A DNA stretch of 64,000 nucleotides from assembly GCA_965178125.1 (NCBI GenBank), contig OZ237752.1, forward strand, positions 868,001-932,000, written 5' to 3'. The notes beneath the pieces were generated by a model, which was not told the origin of the DNA, did not search any database, and saw only the letters and a list, made by a program, of their open reading frames with translations. The position numbers and the translations under genes are program-made. Shown here piece by piece: positions 24,994-37,264 of the stretch. The stretch comes from Bilabrum cf. latius (taxonomy: Eukaryota). Every line of letters starts with the position of its first letter. The stretch's first letter is position 1.

Positions 24994-25787
24994 TGTGGTC
25001 GACTCTGCAGCCGTCGAGGCTCTGCCAGTCGTGTCGATTGCGTGCATGCAGTGCTGCGAGGGTTGCGCTCTGGGGTGGGGTGGGTGGCGTGCCGACTCGG
25101 CTTCTTGGCACTGTCGTCTCCCGGTGTGCTGGAGCTTAAGGAGTGGCTACGAACGCTCGCGTACATGTTTCCTTTCAAAGCTGGTTGCACACGTGGCGCC
25201 GTGCAGTGCGGGCCGCATCGGTGTGACAGGCGTAGCGTGTCGCAGGCCGGACCTCTGGGTGGATCACTGTGCCTGCAGATTCGGGGTGTAGCCTGCTTGG
25301 TCTTGCCATAATTGATGTATGACAAGTCATTTGCGTGTTAAGCTTCTCTTGTTATGATCCAGTTCGTATTTCTGCGTTGGATGGTTGCGACCGGACCGGC
25401 CCAGTGTATGCCCCGCGAGCTGCAGCAAAGCCCCATTGCCATACGGTCCGCCGTTAGGCGCATCTGTTCAAAAATATCTTTTATTTATTTGTCGGTGAGA
25501 TAATTCGAGTGTAGTACGGAACGTTGGCCATCATCCGACACTCGCACCCGCAACGGACTTCTGCAAGACAAGTACTTGCCACCGCTATTTGTGCCCCATT
25601 TCCATCGCGACTATGCTCTCTCCCTTTCTATTCACCCATGTGCTGCGATACTGGGGCTTAAGACAGCCCGTATTTTCTGTAAAGCCATCCTGGATAGAGA
25701 CTAGGTGACCCTTAATGCTTGGAGCATGATTAACTGAGCCTGCTTACGCGTTGCAGGTACTGAGAGACTAAGAGCTTAGATTATATC

Positions 25788-28700
25788 ATGAACCGAGAAG
25801 GATCCTCCAGCGCGAATACCTACTTCCCGCTCGATGTTCCCAACGCATCGACCCTAACCGGTTAGCATGAGATGTGTCTCGCACTAGCGGCGCATCTTCC
25901 GACACTACCATTCACGACATTTGGACCATTTCATAGTCATTCGTATTCAACTCGTGCAGACCGCGGCATCCCGCGTGGCTCCGTCAGAGGCATAGGCGAA
26001 CGGCAGCAGCGTGCCAAACGACAAGCTCGCCTACATGAGGATAGGTCAAGATCTGGGCTGGATGCATTGCTATCGCAAGATTCTATTCCTATGTTGCACA
26101 CGGTCGGATCAGTGATGCCAGGTGCTTCGCCCGTCGGGGCGGGAGCTTTGCCGTCTGGTCTCCCGTCGGTTCCAGCATCTCCACCGGAAGGCCTCGAGCA
26201 AGGCTCGTCTGTGTTTTCTGGCACTGGGGCATCTGGCAACGGCCTTCGGGCTGCGTCGGACTTCTAGGGGACATGGGGGGCGCCGAGCGACAACGGGGCC
26301 AGCTCGCAGCAGCACTTCGCTCTCCTTAAGCGGGCGGGCCAGACCTCTCATCATGCTGGCGGCCACAGGAGGTCGCAGACCTCTGGCGGCGCAAGGGCAA
26401 GGGCAAGGGCGGGTGCTGGACCGCATAGGAGCAGAGCGCGACCACCCGGAGCCAGACATAGGGGAAGCACCACCGCAGGGCACAGGCACGCGCGCTCGGG
26501 ATCGTCGCCCGCGTACTACCGAGGAACCACGGCACCTACGGGGCGGGCCAGCGATGCTTCCCTACTCGGCACCTACGGGGCGGGCCCCTCGCCTGCCGAG
26601 CTGAGGTCGGTACTGGGACCACACACCCACGGTGGGCTGGGGTCAGGCACTCATTACACTAGGAGATCATCCCGATCAGGCTCTCCGCATGCAAGAGCCG
26701 GTGCAGGCGTGGTAGGCATGAGCGACTCGATTGCGGACAAAGTGGGCGACTTTGACGAGGACTCGTTGATTGCGGATGCGATCCGTGCCAGTGGCCAGGA
26801 CTACAACCCAAGCGCTTCCATGGGCAGGGAAGAAGCCAGAGAACAAGGACTGTTGGAGGCACTTGGTGCATCCGCAGGTGCACGCGGCACACTCCCGATC
26901 GAGCAGCAGGGCTGGGCTGGCTCAGGGCAGGCGCTAGCACTGGTGCTCGGGGTAGAGGGAAGGAACGGGCCGGTGGCGGAGTTACCACCCGTACCTAGCG
27001 CAAGCACTTTATCATAGTTGAGAGCAACGATGAGGGCGCACGCGAATTTCTCCAGGTCGAGCGGGCTGCCGCAGAGCTTTGCGTTCTTGCACTGGGGCCA
27101 GGACAGCAGTCGCCGGTCAGGTCGGCGAAGGTCGGTGCACCGGGTGCCCATTCCTCGCTGGGTTGAAGACCAGGTACTGGTAGAGAACAGGGACATGCCG
27201 CTCCCGGGCCAGGCAGGATACGACAGAGCAATGGCCAGGGATCCTGCGGCAGAACCTGCTGGACCCGTGGTGTGGGTACGACTGCTCACCCCTGCGCAAG
27301 ACAGGCTAGCGGACGAGACTGCAGTCCGACGAAAGCTAGACGAGCAGCGGAGGCTGGAAGAGGCCAGACACCGGGGTGATCCTGCATTGAGTATCCCAGG
27401 GTATGCCTACGCCCGCGCCACCGCAGAGATGGACAAGCTGAGGGCGAAATCGAGGCAGGCAGGCAGCGGCATCACGGAGCACGACGTGATGGAGCGAGCC
27501 GCTGCCATGGTATCCCGGGGATAGACCAGGGGAATCGTCTGGACACCCACGAGCTCGGCAGCGTCGCGCCGAAGCAGCACTGCGTGTAGAGAGGCTGCCA
27601 GCACGGGGCTTCCAGTGCCGAGTGGTCACGCAGAGAGCAAGTCGAGTGGCGACAGCCGTGACTCTCTGGCTGGCACGCTGGACGCCTCCAGGTCCAGCGT
27701 GGACGGTGGTTCTTCGCTGTCCAGAGCAGGTGCCCAGGCGGTCGGCACTGGACATGCCAGAGAGTTGCAGTTCGATGCACCCAAGAAGCACCGTTTCTTC
27801 CAGACTATGGAGGACCGCGAGGCGACCCGCAAGCGGAACGAAGAAAGGGAGCGGAAGTGGCGGAAGAAGCAGGACGAGGCAGCCGCTAGGCGAGCAGATG
27901 AGTTGGCTGCGGCAGATCAAGCAGAAAGGTTAGCCCAGAAGCAGAATAAGCTGCGCTCCGAAGTCACGCACCCGCCTTTGCCGTCGAAGACCCCTGCTCG
28001 ACGCGACCAGACGTCAAAGGCAGGAAATGAGGAAGCCGGTGCCGAATTCGTTCCATCTGCAAATCCGGACACAGCCATGGGTAGCGGCAGCGGAGGAACA
28101 TCAGCCTTGTCACCTGCTGTTACAACCGGAAGCTCACCATCTGGCAGGCCAGCCGACGACAATCTTATATCGGCACCAGCTGCTAGGCCTAGGCCGGTCT
28201 TCGTGCTCTCAGAGAGCTCGCTGACCCCTGTGAAGGCAAAAGTGTCAGGCGATCAAAGTGCAGCCGGGTCGCAAGATGTCAGCATTGAAATGCTGTGCGC
28301 TACACTGCCGGATGGCACGTAGGTGCTGATACCTAGGCAAGCGCTTCAGTAGGAGCAGTCAACGCCGAAGTCGCTCGCGGTTGCACCTGCCCCTGCCCCC
28401 GAGCACGTACCTGCAACAGCATCATCAGCAACAGAGTTAGCAGCTGCACCAGCAGCCGCGCCAGCACCGGAGGCAGCGCCAGCACCAGCACCGGAGCCAG
28501 CACCGGAGCCAGGGCCAGCGGCCGCGCCAGCACCCGCTCCAGCACCGGAGCCAGCGCCAGCGGTCGCGCCAGCACCAGCGCCAGCACCAGCGCCAGCACC
28601 CGCTCCGGCACCCGCTCCGGCACCCGCTCCAGCACCCGCGCCAGCACCAGCACCGGAGCCAGCACCGGAGCCAGGGCCAGCGGCCGCGCCAGCACCCGCT

Positions 28701-31517
28701 CCAGCACCGGAGCCAGCGCCAGCGGTCGCGCCAGCACCAGCGCCAGCACCAGCGCCAGCACCCGCTCCGGCACCCGCTCCGGCACCCGCTCCAGCACCCG
28801 CGCCAGCATCCGCACCAGCACCGGAGCCAGCACCGGAGCCAGGGCCAGCGGCCGCGCCAGCACCCGCTCCAGCACCGGAGCCAGCGCCAGCGGTCGCGCC
28901 AGCACCAGCGCCAGCACCAGCGCCAGCACCCGCTCCGGCACCCGCTCCGGCACCCGCTCCAGCACCCGCGCCAGCATCCGCACCAGCACCGGAGCCAGGG
29001 CCAGCAGCCGCGCCAGCACCCGCTCCAGCACCAGCACCGGCACTGGCGCCAGCACTGGAGCCAGCTGCAGTACCAGCGGAAGTATCTAAGGCAGCACCTA
29101 TTTCTGCACTAGATCCCGTTGAATCTCACAACGCGGCATCGGAACTGCAGTTGGTTGTACCGCAGGAGGAAGGCACACCGCACCCGTCCCCTCCCACAGC
29201 GCGGCGAGGAATCTCTCAGGGTACCAACAACAGCCGGTCGTCTTCGCCTGGAGCGGAGCATACGCAGGAACCCTTAGAGACAGATCTGGCGTCTCAAACA
29301 GCTGATAAGCGGCCGTTTCAAGAGGAAGAAGAGCCTGAAGACCAGGGCAAGAGCGAATACCAATTGCCAGACGATTTGGAACTCGCTGATTCTTCGTAGG
29401 ACGCGACGAAAGCAGACGCGGGCGAGACTCAGACCGCCACCGCAGAGTCGAGCCTGAACGAGGCGAACCGACCCAAGCGAAACAGCCAAGACAAGTCCAG
29501 TTAGCCCCAGCCATAGCCTGGTCCAAGGCGCAGGCCGCGACGAGCCTCTTTCATCCTATCGGTGGATCTGGGGGGCGGGCAGGAGGGCAAGATCGAGGTC
29601 TCCTCTTCCAAGCCAGAGAGCCCTACAGAGCTGGCGAAGCGGTTCCTAGAGCAGCATGGGGCGGCTGCAGGCGAAGATGTGGAGGCGTAGGACGTAGCAG
29701 AGGTCGTGCGCGATACAATGAGGCAATTGAATGCAGACCCAACGAGCTCGCCCAAGTCACGGGTGCCCTTCAGCTCGGAAGCGCAGGCTGCCAAGGCAAA
29801 ACACGCGTCATTGACGCTGCAGCTCGTCTTTCCGAACGGTTTTGAAGGCGAAGTAGACGTACCTACTGAGGGTGCATAGGCAGCCGCGATTGCAAGAAAG
29901 TTTGTGCGTGAGCACGACAAGGAGCTGAAGTCGTGCGGGCTGCTGGATGCGGCTTCCACATCGCAAGACAGAGCCGAGCTGGAGCAGGGAGTGGCAGAGT
30001 TCATCGCGGATAGTCTGCAGCAGTACAAATAGCAAGCAGCTGATGCTGCTCACAAGCAGCAGGAGGATGAGGCTGGTGTTCGCAAGCAGGGCGGCAAGCC
30101 AGCGGATAGCCGCCCTGGCAGTGGTGCAAACCGCGAATCAAGCCAGAGTGCAGCCGAGCCTGCCGCGGAGCAATCCAGTTCAGTCAAGAAACCCGAACAG
30201 CCAGTGAAGTAGAGGCGCGTTCGATCCACGCGCCGCGCTTCCGTATCCATCACGCTTGACATCAACGGGGAGCAGATGCCCGTGCACGTAGGGCAGGGTG
30301 CCAACCTCAGCAAGGTGGCGGCCGAGTTTGCCATCAAGCAGGGTCTGGTGGGCGAGCCCGGGCCAGCCACAGGCAAGACTGGCGGACCTACTGGCCTTCA
30401 TCTGACGCATGAAGACGTGGAGGCAATCAAGCAGATTCGGGACGTGATCTCATCAGAGCTCGAAAACGAAGGTCTCATGTCTGCGCGGTCCACCGATGGG
30501 TCCCGCACGCCTGGCTCGCCCCGGTAGCCGGGGGCCGGGCCCGAAGAGGCTTCGGATGGGTACATGCAGGGCTCCGTGGTTGATGCCATCGGAATTACCC
30601 CTGACGTTGAGATCGACAGCGGTGACCTGTTCCAGCCCAAGCGGGGGCAGCACCGTGCGGTGCCCAAGTCGAAGCCGAAGCGTTCCACCAGGCGCGCGTC
30701 ACTAGTGGTTGGTATGGCGGTGGGCGAAGGAGATCCAGTCGAGGTTCGCATCAAGCGCGGTGCTGACTTGAGCCAGGTAGCAGAGAAGTTTGCGAGCGAG
30801 CAGGGGTTGCTTTCTGGGGACGAGCCTGCAGGTGAGCGGCACGAAATCATCGAAGAGGTGCGGGAGGCGCTGCAGGGACAGCTCGATGGCATGGGGCTGG
30901 CCAGCGCACGGTCCAGTGCGAGCCACTTGGAGGCGCACTCGGATCTAGAGCAAGAACCAGAGCATGAGCCAGAGGAGGACGAGAGGCCGAGCAGGCGCAA
31001 TCGACATGCGCCTGCGCCTGCGCCTGCGCCTGCACATGCACCTGCGCCTGCGCCTGCGCCTGCGCCTGCACATGCGCCTGCACATGCACCTGCGCCTGCA
31101 CCTGCACCTGCGCCTGCACCTGCACCTGCACCTGCGCCTGCACCTGCACCTGCACCTGCACCTGCACCTGCACCTGCACCTGCACCTGCACCTGCACCTG
31201 CACCTGCACCTGCACCTGCTCCAGCTCCAGCACATACCGACGGTGCTGGCGAATTGCCATCAAAGCATTCTTCCAAAGGTAAGAAGCGGAGCAAGCGGTC
31301 CTCCGTGAAGATGAAACTCGACCTTGGCGACGGCGAGGAGGAGGTGCTACGGGTGTACCTGGACGAAGATCCGATGGAGGTAGCTAAGGCTTTTGCTGCG
31401 AGGCACAATATAGAAGACGACACGGAGGCCGTAAAAGACACTGCAGATGCCATCAAGCAGTATGTTGAGGCTTACAGGGAGCGCAAGAGGAGAAAGCGGG
31501 CAAGCCAGGGCAAGTGA
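25788..31517 (+). CDS. Large low-complexity protein with coiled coil, Ala-Pro linkers and five PFU-like repeats (~1880 aa, ~13 in-frame TAG); 5' end uncertain, likely intron 25861-25959
   Basis: ORF-track fragments 25872, 26709, 27018, 27615, 29151, 30276 and 30564 share one frame, broken only by TAG; ends TGA 31515-31517. Repeated motif such as [36 protein letters not shown]. Confidence 0.72.
28441..29065 (+). repeat. Coding Ala-Pro(-Glu) hexamer repeat with a higher-order ~156-168 bp unit (about 3.5 copies)
   Basis: GCACCA/GCGCCA/GAGCCA hexamers; landmark AGGGCCAGC recurs at ~28511, 28673, 28841 and 28997. Confidence 0.9.
31007..31232 (+). repeat. Coding (GCACCT/GCGCCT)n hexamer repeat encoding (AP)n
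   Basis: Directly visible tandem hexamer inside ORF 30564..31517. Confidence 0.95.
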
Positions 31518-31699
31518 AATGCTGGTAGGTAGAGCCCTCGCGTGACATCATCACCTCTCTAAAGGCATCTTGGTCGAAGCCTGTACAATAATTACCTTGT
31601 TGCTGTTCATTCGTGCAATTACCTTTTTCATTCCTCTGCCTTTGGCCAGACTAGCAAATTTTGCTACAAATAGCCCGACTCGTTCTGGCGGACGCCTCT

Positions 31700-34600
31700 T
31701 CATTGCGTTGTCTGCACCGCAGATGCCCGGGCCTGCGCGTCTTCGAAAGAGATGACGAGGGCCAGTCGCAGGAAGGACACGGCCTTCTCCATCGAGTCCC
31801 AGCCTGTGATTGGCCTTGCGGTGCCCAGGCTGACTTCCCGGCCACGGACCACCATGCTTCCTGCCGCCTGGGCGCCTGCAGGTGCTCCTTTGCGTGTCAT
31901 CTTCCTCCTCCTCCTTCGCCTCCTGCTTCTCTTGTCTTCCATGGACTGCTGCCCTCCACCAGAACCGTCCAGCTCCGCCGGGCAGGCAATGGTCCTGAGG
32001 TCCAGCATGGTGTGCAGGTAGAACCGAAGCGAAGAGTACCCTGAGACACCGCGAGCCTAGGCCATCTCGAGGCGAGTTCTCATGCTTGGGCCTCCGATTG
32101 AGCCTGGTGCGCTCGCCATCGAGTCCTGTGGGGAGGCTTCCGCAACAGTGGCGCTCCCTCCCACCGTCGATCGAGTGCCCAGAGCACTTCCAGTCCGGCC
32201 TGCTCGCGGCAGTCCCGGTTGTAGAGCCTGGCTACGGTCCTTTCGAGTGCAGTGACGGGGCCCCATCCAGGACTGTGCCGGCCCAGCGTACACTTCCCCC
32301 CTCTCTTGGTACCCCTGCATCGCCAGCGCGATGTCGCTTGGCTGGGAACTTGGTGCTTCCAGCTCCTGCGGTGCCCACGCACCACCGCTCTCTGGAGCAC
32401 CCCTGTCGCTTACCACGCTGCTTTGACTGGCCGACCTTCTCTCGTACTCTGACAGCACGTAGGTGGCCCCTTTACGCTTCATGTTCACACCTGACAACGG
32501 ATTCTTCCTCGTGTACGACATGCTATGCGAGAGCTGCTGGGAGGATCCGCCGAAAGCCTCTGGAGGCGCGAGCTCACCAAAGCAAAACCCTGAATCAAGG
32601 TCCCTTGCGCTTGCGCTCCTGTGCGGCGGTGGAGTTGCAGTCAGCTCCCCACCAGCAGCGAAGTTTGGCTCCTTGCTCAGAGATGTCAAGTCAGGTGTGG
32701 AGTTCGACTGCTGCCGCACCCGCCGCAGGTCACCCACCGGGATTGACACGGGATTGGCTGCATCCAGGGATGCCTTCCTTGGCGACGACTGGTCGCCGTG
32801 CGGCTGGATGGCGGATCGAGCGATGGCTGCGGCCACGCCACGCAGCGGGACTAGAGGGGACTATAGAGACATTGGCTGGTGATCATGGCGCTGTTGTGCA
32901 CTATCAGACTCGTTCTATCCATTGCCGTGCTCTGCGATTGTAAGTGGGGTGTCATCGCCGGTATCCTCCTCCTCCTCCTCTTGCACGGCAGGCGGCAAGA
33001 TCAGCATGCCAGGGAAACCAGGAGCCAGCTCCTTTCCCTCCACACCCTCTCTTGGGTTGTAGCTGTCCTCGCTCGAGCATCCGCTGTCCTCGCTGTCAGA
33101 ATCAGTTGACCCCAAACCCGAACCCGTTGCTACAACAGCAATAGTATCCTACCGGTGGGTGCTGGCGTCGCCAGACGCTTTGCGCCCGAATCCCGAAGCC
33201 TTAGACGCGGAAGCACCGTCACCTAGCCCCGAAGCCTTAGACGCGGAAGCACCGACACCTAGCGCGAGATCCATTGCATCATTGCTCACCTCTTTTTCGT
33301 GCGACTGGGCCGCGCTATTTGACTGGTTCTTGCTGGACGACCCCCAGAAGATTTCTTCACCGACAAGCAGCTCATCACCATTTAGGATACCGAGGCGTCG
33401 CACACCACTGCCAAGAGCCCGAGAGTCTGGGTTGTCGCTCAGCCTGCGACTGCTGCCAGCGTGGTGGTGGTTCCTGCGACGGCGTGGCCGAGACGAGCTG
33501 CGTTTCTGCGGCACATCATGGCTCGCCCCTTCCTTGCTCGCATCGGGTTCGACAAGCTGGGTAGCAAGAGAGGCCTCCTAGAGGGCCTATTCGAGCGCGC
33601 TGCTGCAGCCCACCAACGCTACAAAGACTCGTCGTCTTGCAGCCTCCACCATCCAGTCAGCTATCACTTGCAGGGCTAGTTGGTTCATTCCAGCTCGGCC
33701 GATCCTGGAGACGTCCAAGGCAAGGAACATCCGCCTGAAGGGGCCCATCAGTTGGTTGGACGCGCCTGCCATGTGCAAGTCGCCTTCTAGTTGAGAAAAC
33801 GCGCGGATCACGGAGCCCACGTCCGGCAGGACCGGCAAACTCACCGCGCGCATGCGGGCATCCTGAATGCTGCGAAGCACGGGCGATGTGCGCAGGGCGT
33901 GCTGTGCCAAGAGGGGCAGCCCTACACCGGTGGAATCTGTGGCGGCTTCGCTGTCTGCATCCGTTAGTGGTACAGCAACCGGCTCTTGGCTCTACCGGCG
34001 GCTCGTCGCTTGCTCCAGAGCAGACAGAGACCCATAGGAAGACCCATACCACGAGGGCACGGCAGGGACGCCACGCCTATTTGCACCATGCCACACGTGG
34101 CCATCTGATCTGCTACCTCGAGCATCGCACACCGGAGGTAGTGATTGGGAAACAATGGAGTACGCCGCAGCGTGGGATTGGGCTGCCTGGGAGTGAAGCG
34201 CACAGGCAGCCAGCGCAAGTGCAAAGCCGTATGCGGGTCCCCAAACGATGGACAGCACGACGATTCCAGCGGTTGTCACCCCAGGCCAAGCGTATGTGGC
34301 AAGCCCGACGGTCCAATGAGATGCACTGGTGGTGACCATACCCAAGCCAAGGCACTCGTGCGCCTACACGATGCACTGCAGTGCGATGATCAGGATCCAG
34401 GCGCTGGGGATCAGCCGTGGCAGGACCAGCATCAGTCGTCCAGCCAATGCGTAGGCGGCAATGACAACAAAGAGATCGGTAATCGCCGGCCACCGCCATG
34501 AAACTACCGAAATCCAGTTCATCGCATTCGATTGGCACTGCTCGGATTGCTGGCAGATAGACGACATGGACCCGGAAGCATCAGCGTCAAGTGCATCTAG

Positions 34601-36423
34601 GGCGTGCTGCTCGTTGGTGCAAGAGACCGCCAGGGCCTTTGTTGTCGCGCCAGACCGATCTCTGACGCTGTTCTCAGCTACAGGCTGCACGCCAGAGAAT
34701 GCACTGCTTCCTCCCTGTTCGAAATTGGGATGGACGGTATTCGCGCTTCGCTGTTGTGGATGGCCGCAGCTGGGCACTCTTGCCTTTTGTCTGGGTGCAG
34801 CAGCACCAGCGGCTCCGTAATTCTATCGCTCCACTGGAGACAAGAGTGGGCAGCCAAGGGCACCTCCGTGGCCTTGGCGGCATGAATCATGATCCGAAGT
34901 GCATTGCTCGCATCGGTTATTTGATTTGACAGAGTTGGTCCGCGGTCGGTCGGGCAAGTCATGGGCACAGGCCGATGCCAGGCCAGCTCTTGTCGGGCCA
35001 GTCCCCGCGGCGCACACACTCCCGAGGAAGACAGCCAGCAGCGAATTGAGGCCTGCTTCACGCCCAGACTGCAGCATCGACTAGAGGCGAATCAGCTTCG
35101 CTCGGTCGCTGAAAGCACCCCTGGCTGAATGACTAGCACGCATGGCGCGAACGACTGACTCGAACTGCTGCTCAAGCGCACACACGATGGCCCCGGACAG
35201 GATGCCAGGCACAGCGTGCAGCAGGGCGAGCCACACGCCAGGCTCAACCTTCGTCTCAATGCCCCATGCCCATGCTGCCGGGCCCAGCTGCCTGAGCCCG
35301 CTGTCGAGCAAGGGCCCGCACGCCAGCGGGCTCGTTGCAGGGATGCCAGTGCCGTTGGAGGAGGCGGCGTCCACAGTTAGGTCCAACCCTGGCTGGGCGT
35401 CATTGTCCGTTTCATTACCAGCGTAGTGCCCCTGTTCGTGTCCCGATTGGCACGCCAAGCTCATCCATCTGTTCTGAGCGAGGTCGTGCAGGCCAAACCC
35501 GCTCAGGGAGGCAAACAGGGCGAACAGGCCTCCGACGATCAGGCACCACAGCCCTGTCACGCGCGCCGGCGACCACTCTGTCTTGATCGCGATCGTGTGA
35601 TACATTGCCACGGCAACAAGTGTCGCCACGATGCCTCCAGCAGCCGACCCAGTCTGGGCTTGAGCCGCCACGTGCGTCCACGTTCCTACCGACAAGGACG
35701 CTGAATTCGGCAACACCACGCCAGTGCCAACCATAAGGCCTCCCAGCAGAAGAACAATGCCAGTGAGCCCCTTGAAACCGGCCACGAGAGGCCCCCATAG
35801 GTTGGCACCAGTAACGGGGTGCTGGCATGCTGCCAGGCAGCTTCGAATGGTAGCGGCAGCAGAACCAATAGCAACCATGGCAAGCAAAAATACCTGAGCG
35901 CGCCCCACTGATGCTGTGCTATCGATATCACTTGCTGATTGGTTGCCGTATTCCTAGTCAGAATACGCAAAAGAGGCAGCGAGCGCGAACGGAATGCCGG
36001 TCCCTGCGAGGGAGTGCAGTGAGAGGCGGGTTAGGAGGGGGGCGCAGAGGAGGATGCGCTTGGAATCACCGAACGAGACGCAGCCGGGACCAATCAAGAA
36101 TGGAAACACACACGCAGGTCAAGGAAGACGATCTAGGCCGACTCACACTGCACGCCCTGCAAGCTCCATGGCTGCCAGTGCGCTCCGTTCCCCCAAGCAC
36201 CTACCCCGTGGAGTAACGCCGCGAGCCAGTACGCCCTGGATGCGTCCACGGCCATCGGTGCGATCCTGCCATCAGCTTGTTCAGAAGAAACATTACCGTG
36301 GTTCAGCAGCAGCTGGAATGCCATTCCAAACGCAGTCCCGTCCAGGACGACAAGGGTGGATTGGCAGAAAAGCGCCTGGAGCTGCGAGGGAGGAATAGGA
36401 CTCATAGGCGAGGAGCAGTGCAT
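31700..36423 (-). CDS. Uncharacterised protein with N-terminal multi-pass membrane region and long Ser-rich tail (~11 in-frame TAG); 5' exon structure uncertain
   Basis: ORF-track fragments with lower coordinates 35081, 34823, 34364, 33992, 33587, 33149, 32915 and 32057 all end in TAG in one frame; final TGA at 31700-31702. The frame extends to an acceptor-like CTCGCAG near 36005. ORF 36133..36423 is a probable upstream exon. Several hydrophobic helices lie in 35100-35910. Confidence 0.62.
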
Positions 36424-37264
36424 CCATCCAAGGTCATTAGAAGTTCAGGACCCTTATTTAGTCAAGTTAGTAAAGAATATTTGCAGTCGCGGTGACAGAG
36501 CAGCTCTCTGCAGCTGTGGGCATTCGAGCATCCTGGAGATGCACTGTTGATTGCCGAAGATGCGGGAGCCTTGTCGAGCTTAGTTCCGGGCAATTTGACA
36601 CGATATGGTCCTCAAAATATACAATCAATACAAACTATCAGGACGATACCGCTTGTATTTTATTGCTGCCCTGGTAAGCGACTAACAAAGTTCAGGACAC
36701 TTGCCCGCGGTTCTCTCTAGTTCGCTATTGCCAGCTATCAATCGCCGTTTTGGTCAAATCTCACCCTTGGCCAGAACCTGTCAGTACTGTTATCGGGTCT
36801 GTATGCAGCAAATTTCTCCGAAGCTTCATCATTGTCCAGATCGTACTCGCTTGTTGGTTCTGCTGACGTGTCGTTGCCATTCTTTGGTAAATTTTTGCTG
36901 GTTTGTCGGAGCAAGCTTAGCACAGGCCCATCAGTTGGATTCATGCCCAACATATTTTGCAGCAGCCTGGTCTTAGCAAGTACCGGTGAGCGTGGTAGGT
37001 TCGTGATTTTAAATCGGTTTCCTCGCCCTTGTTGTAGCACAGTGCAGTGCAGTTTCACCAACGTTCAAATATTTCTTCTTCTTTCATTTACGCCTACTTA
37101 CGCAATTCGATGCACAGTACGCATGGCCCTGCACGTGATTCTGCCGCTGGCCAGTCATCGTCAGCTGCGGCACAGCAGATTCTCACACCGTCTACAGGAT
37201 CACTAGTGCCACCCATACAGGGCAACTATGGCACTTCATCTAGCCTATCCCCACCGTATGGCCT

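Noticed and set aside
36738-37160. Possible small spliced gene on the minus strand (ORF 36738..37061 ending TGA, GTAAGT donor-like site near 37100)
   Set aside because: I could not build a consistent exon chain or recognise any homology; left uncalled.
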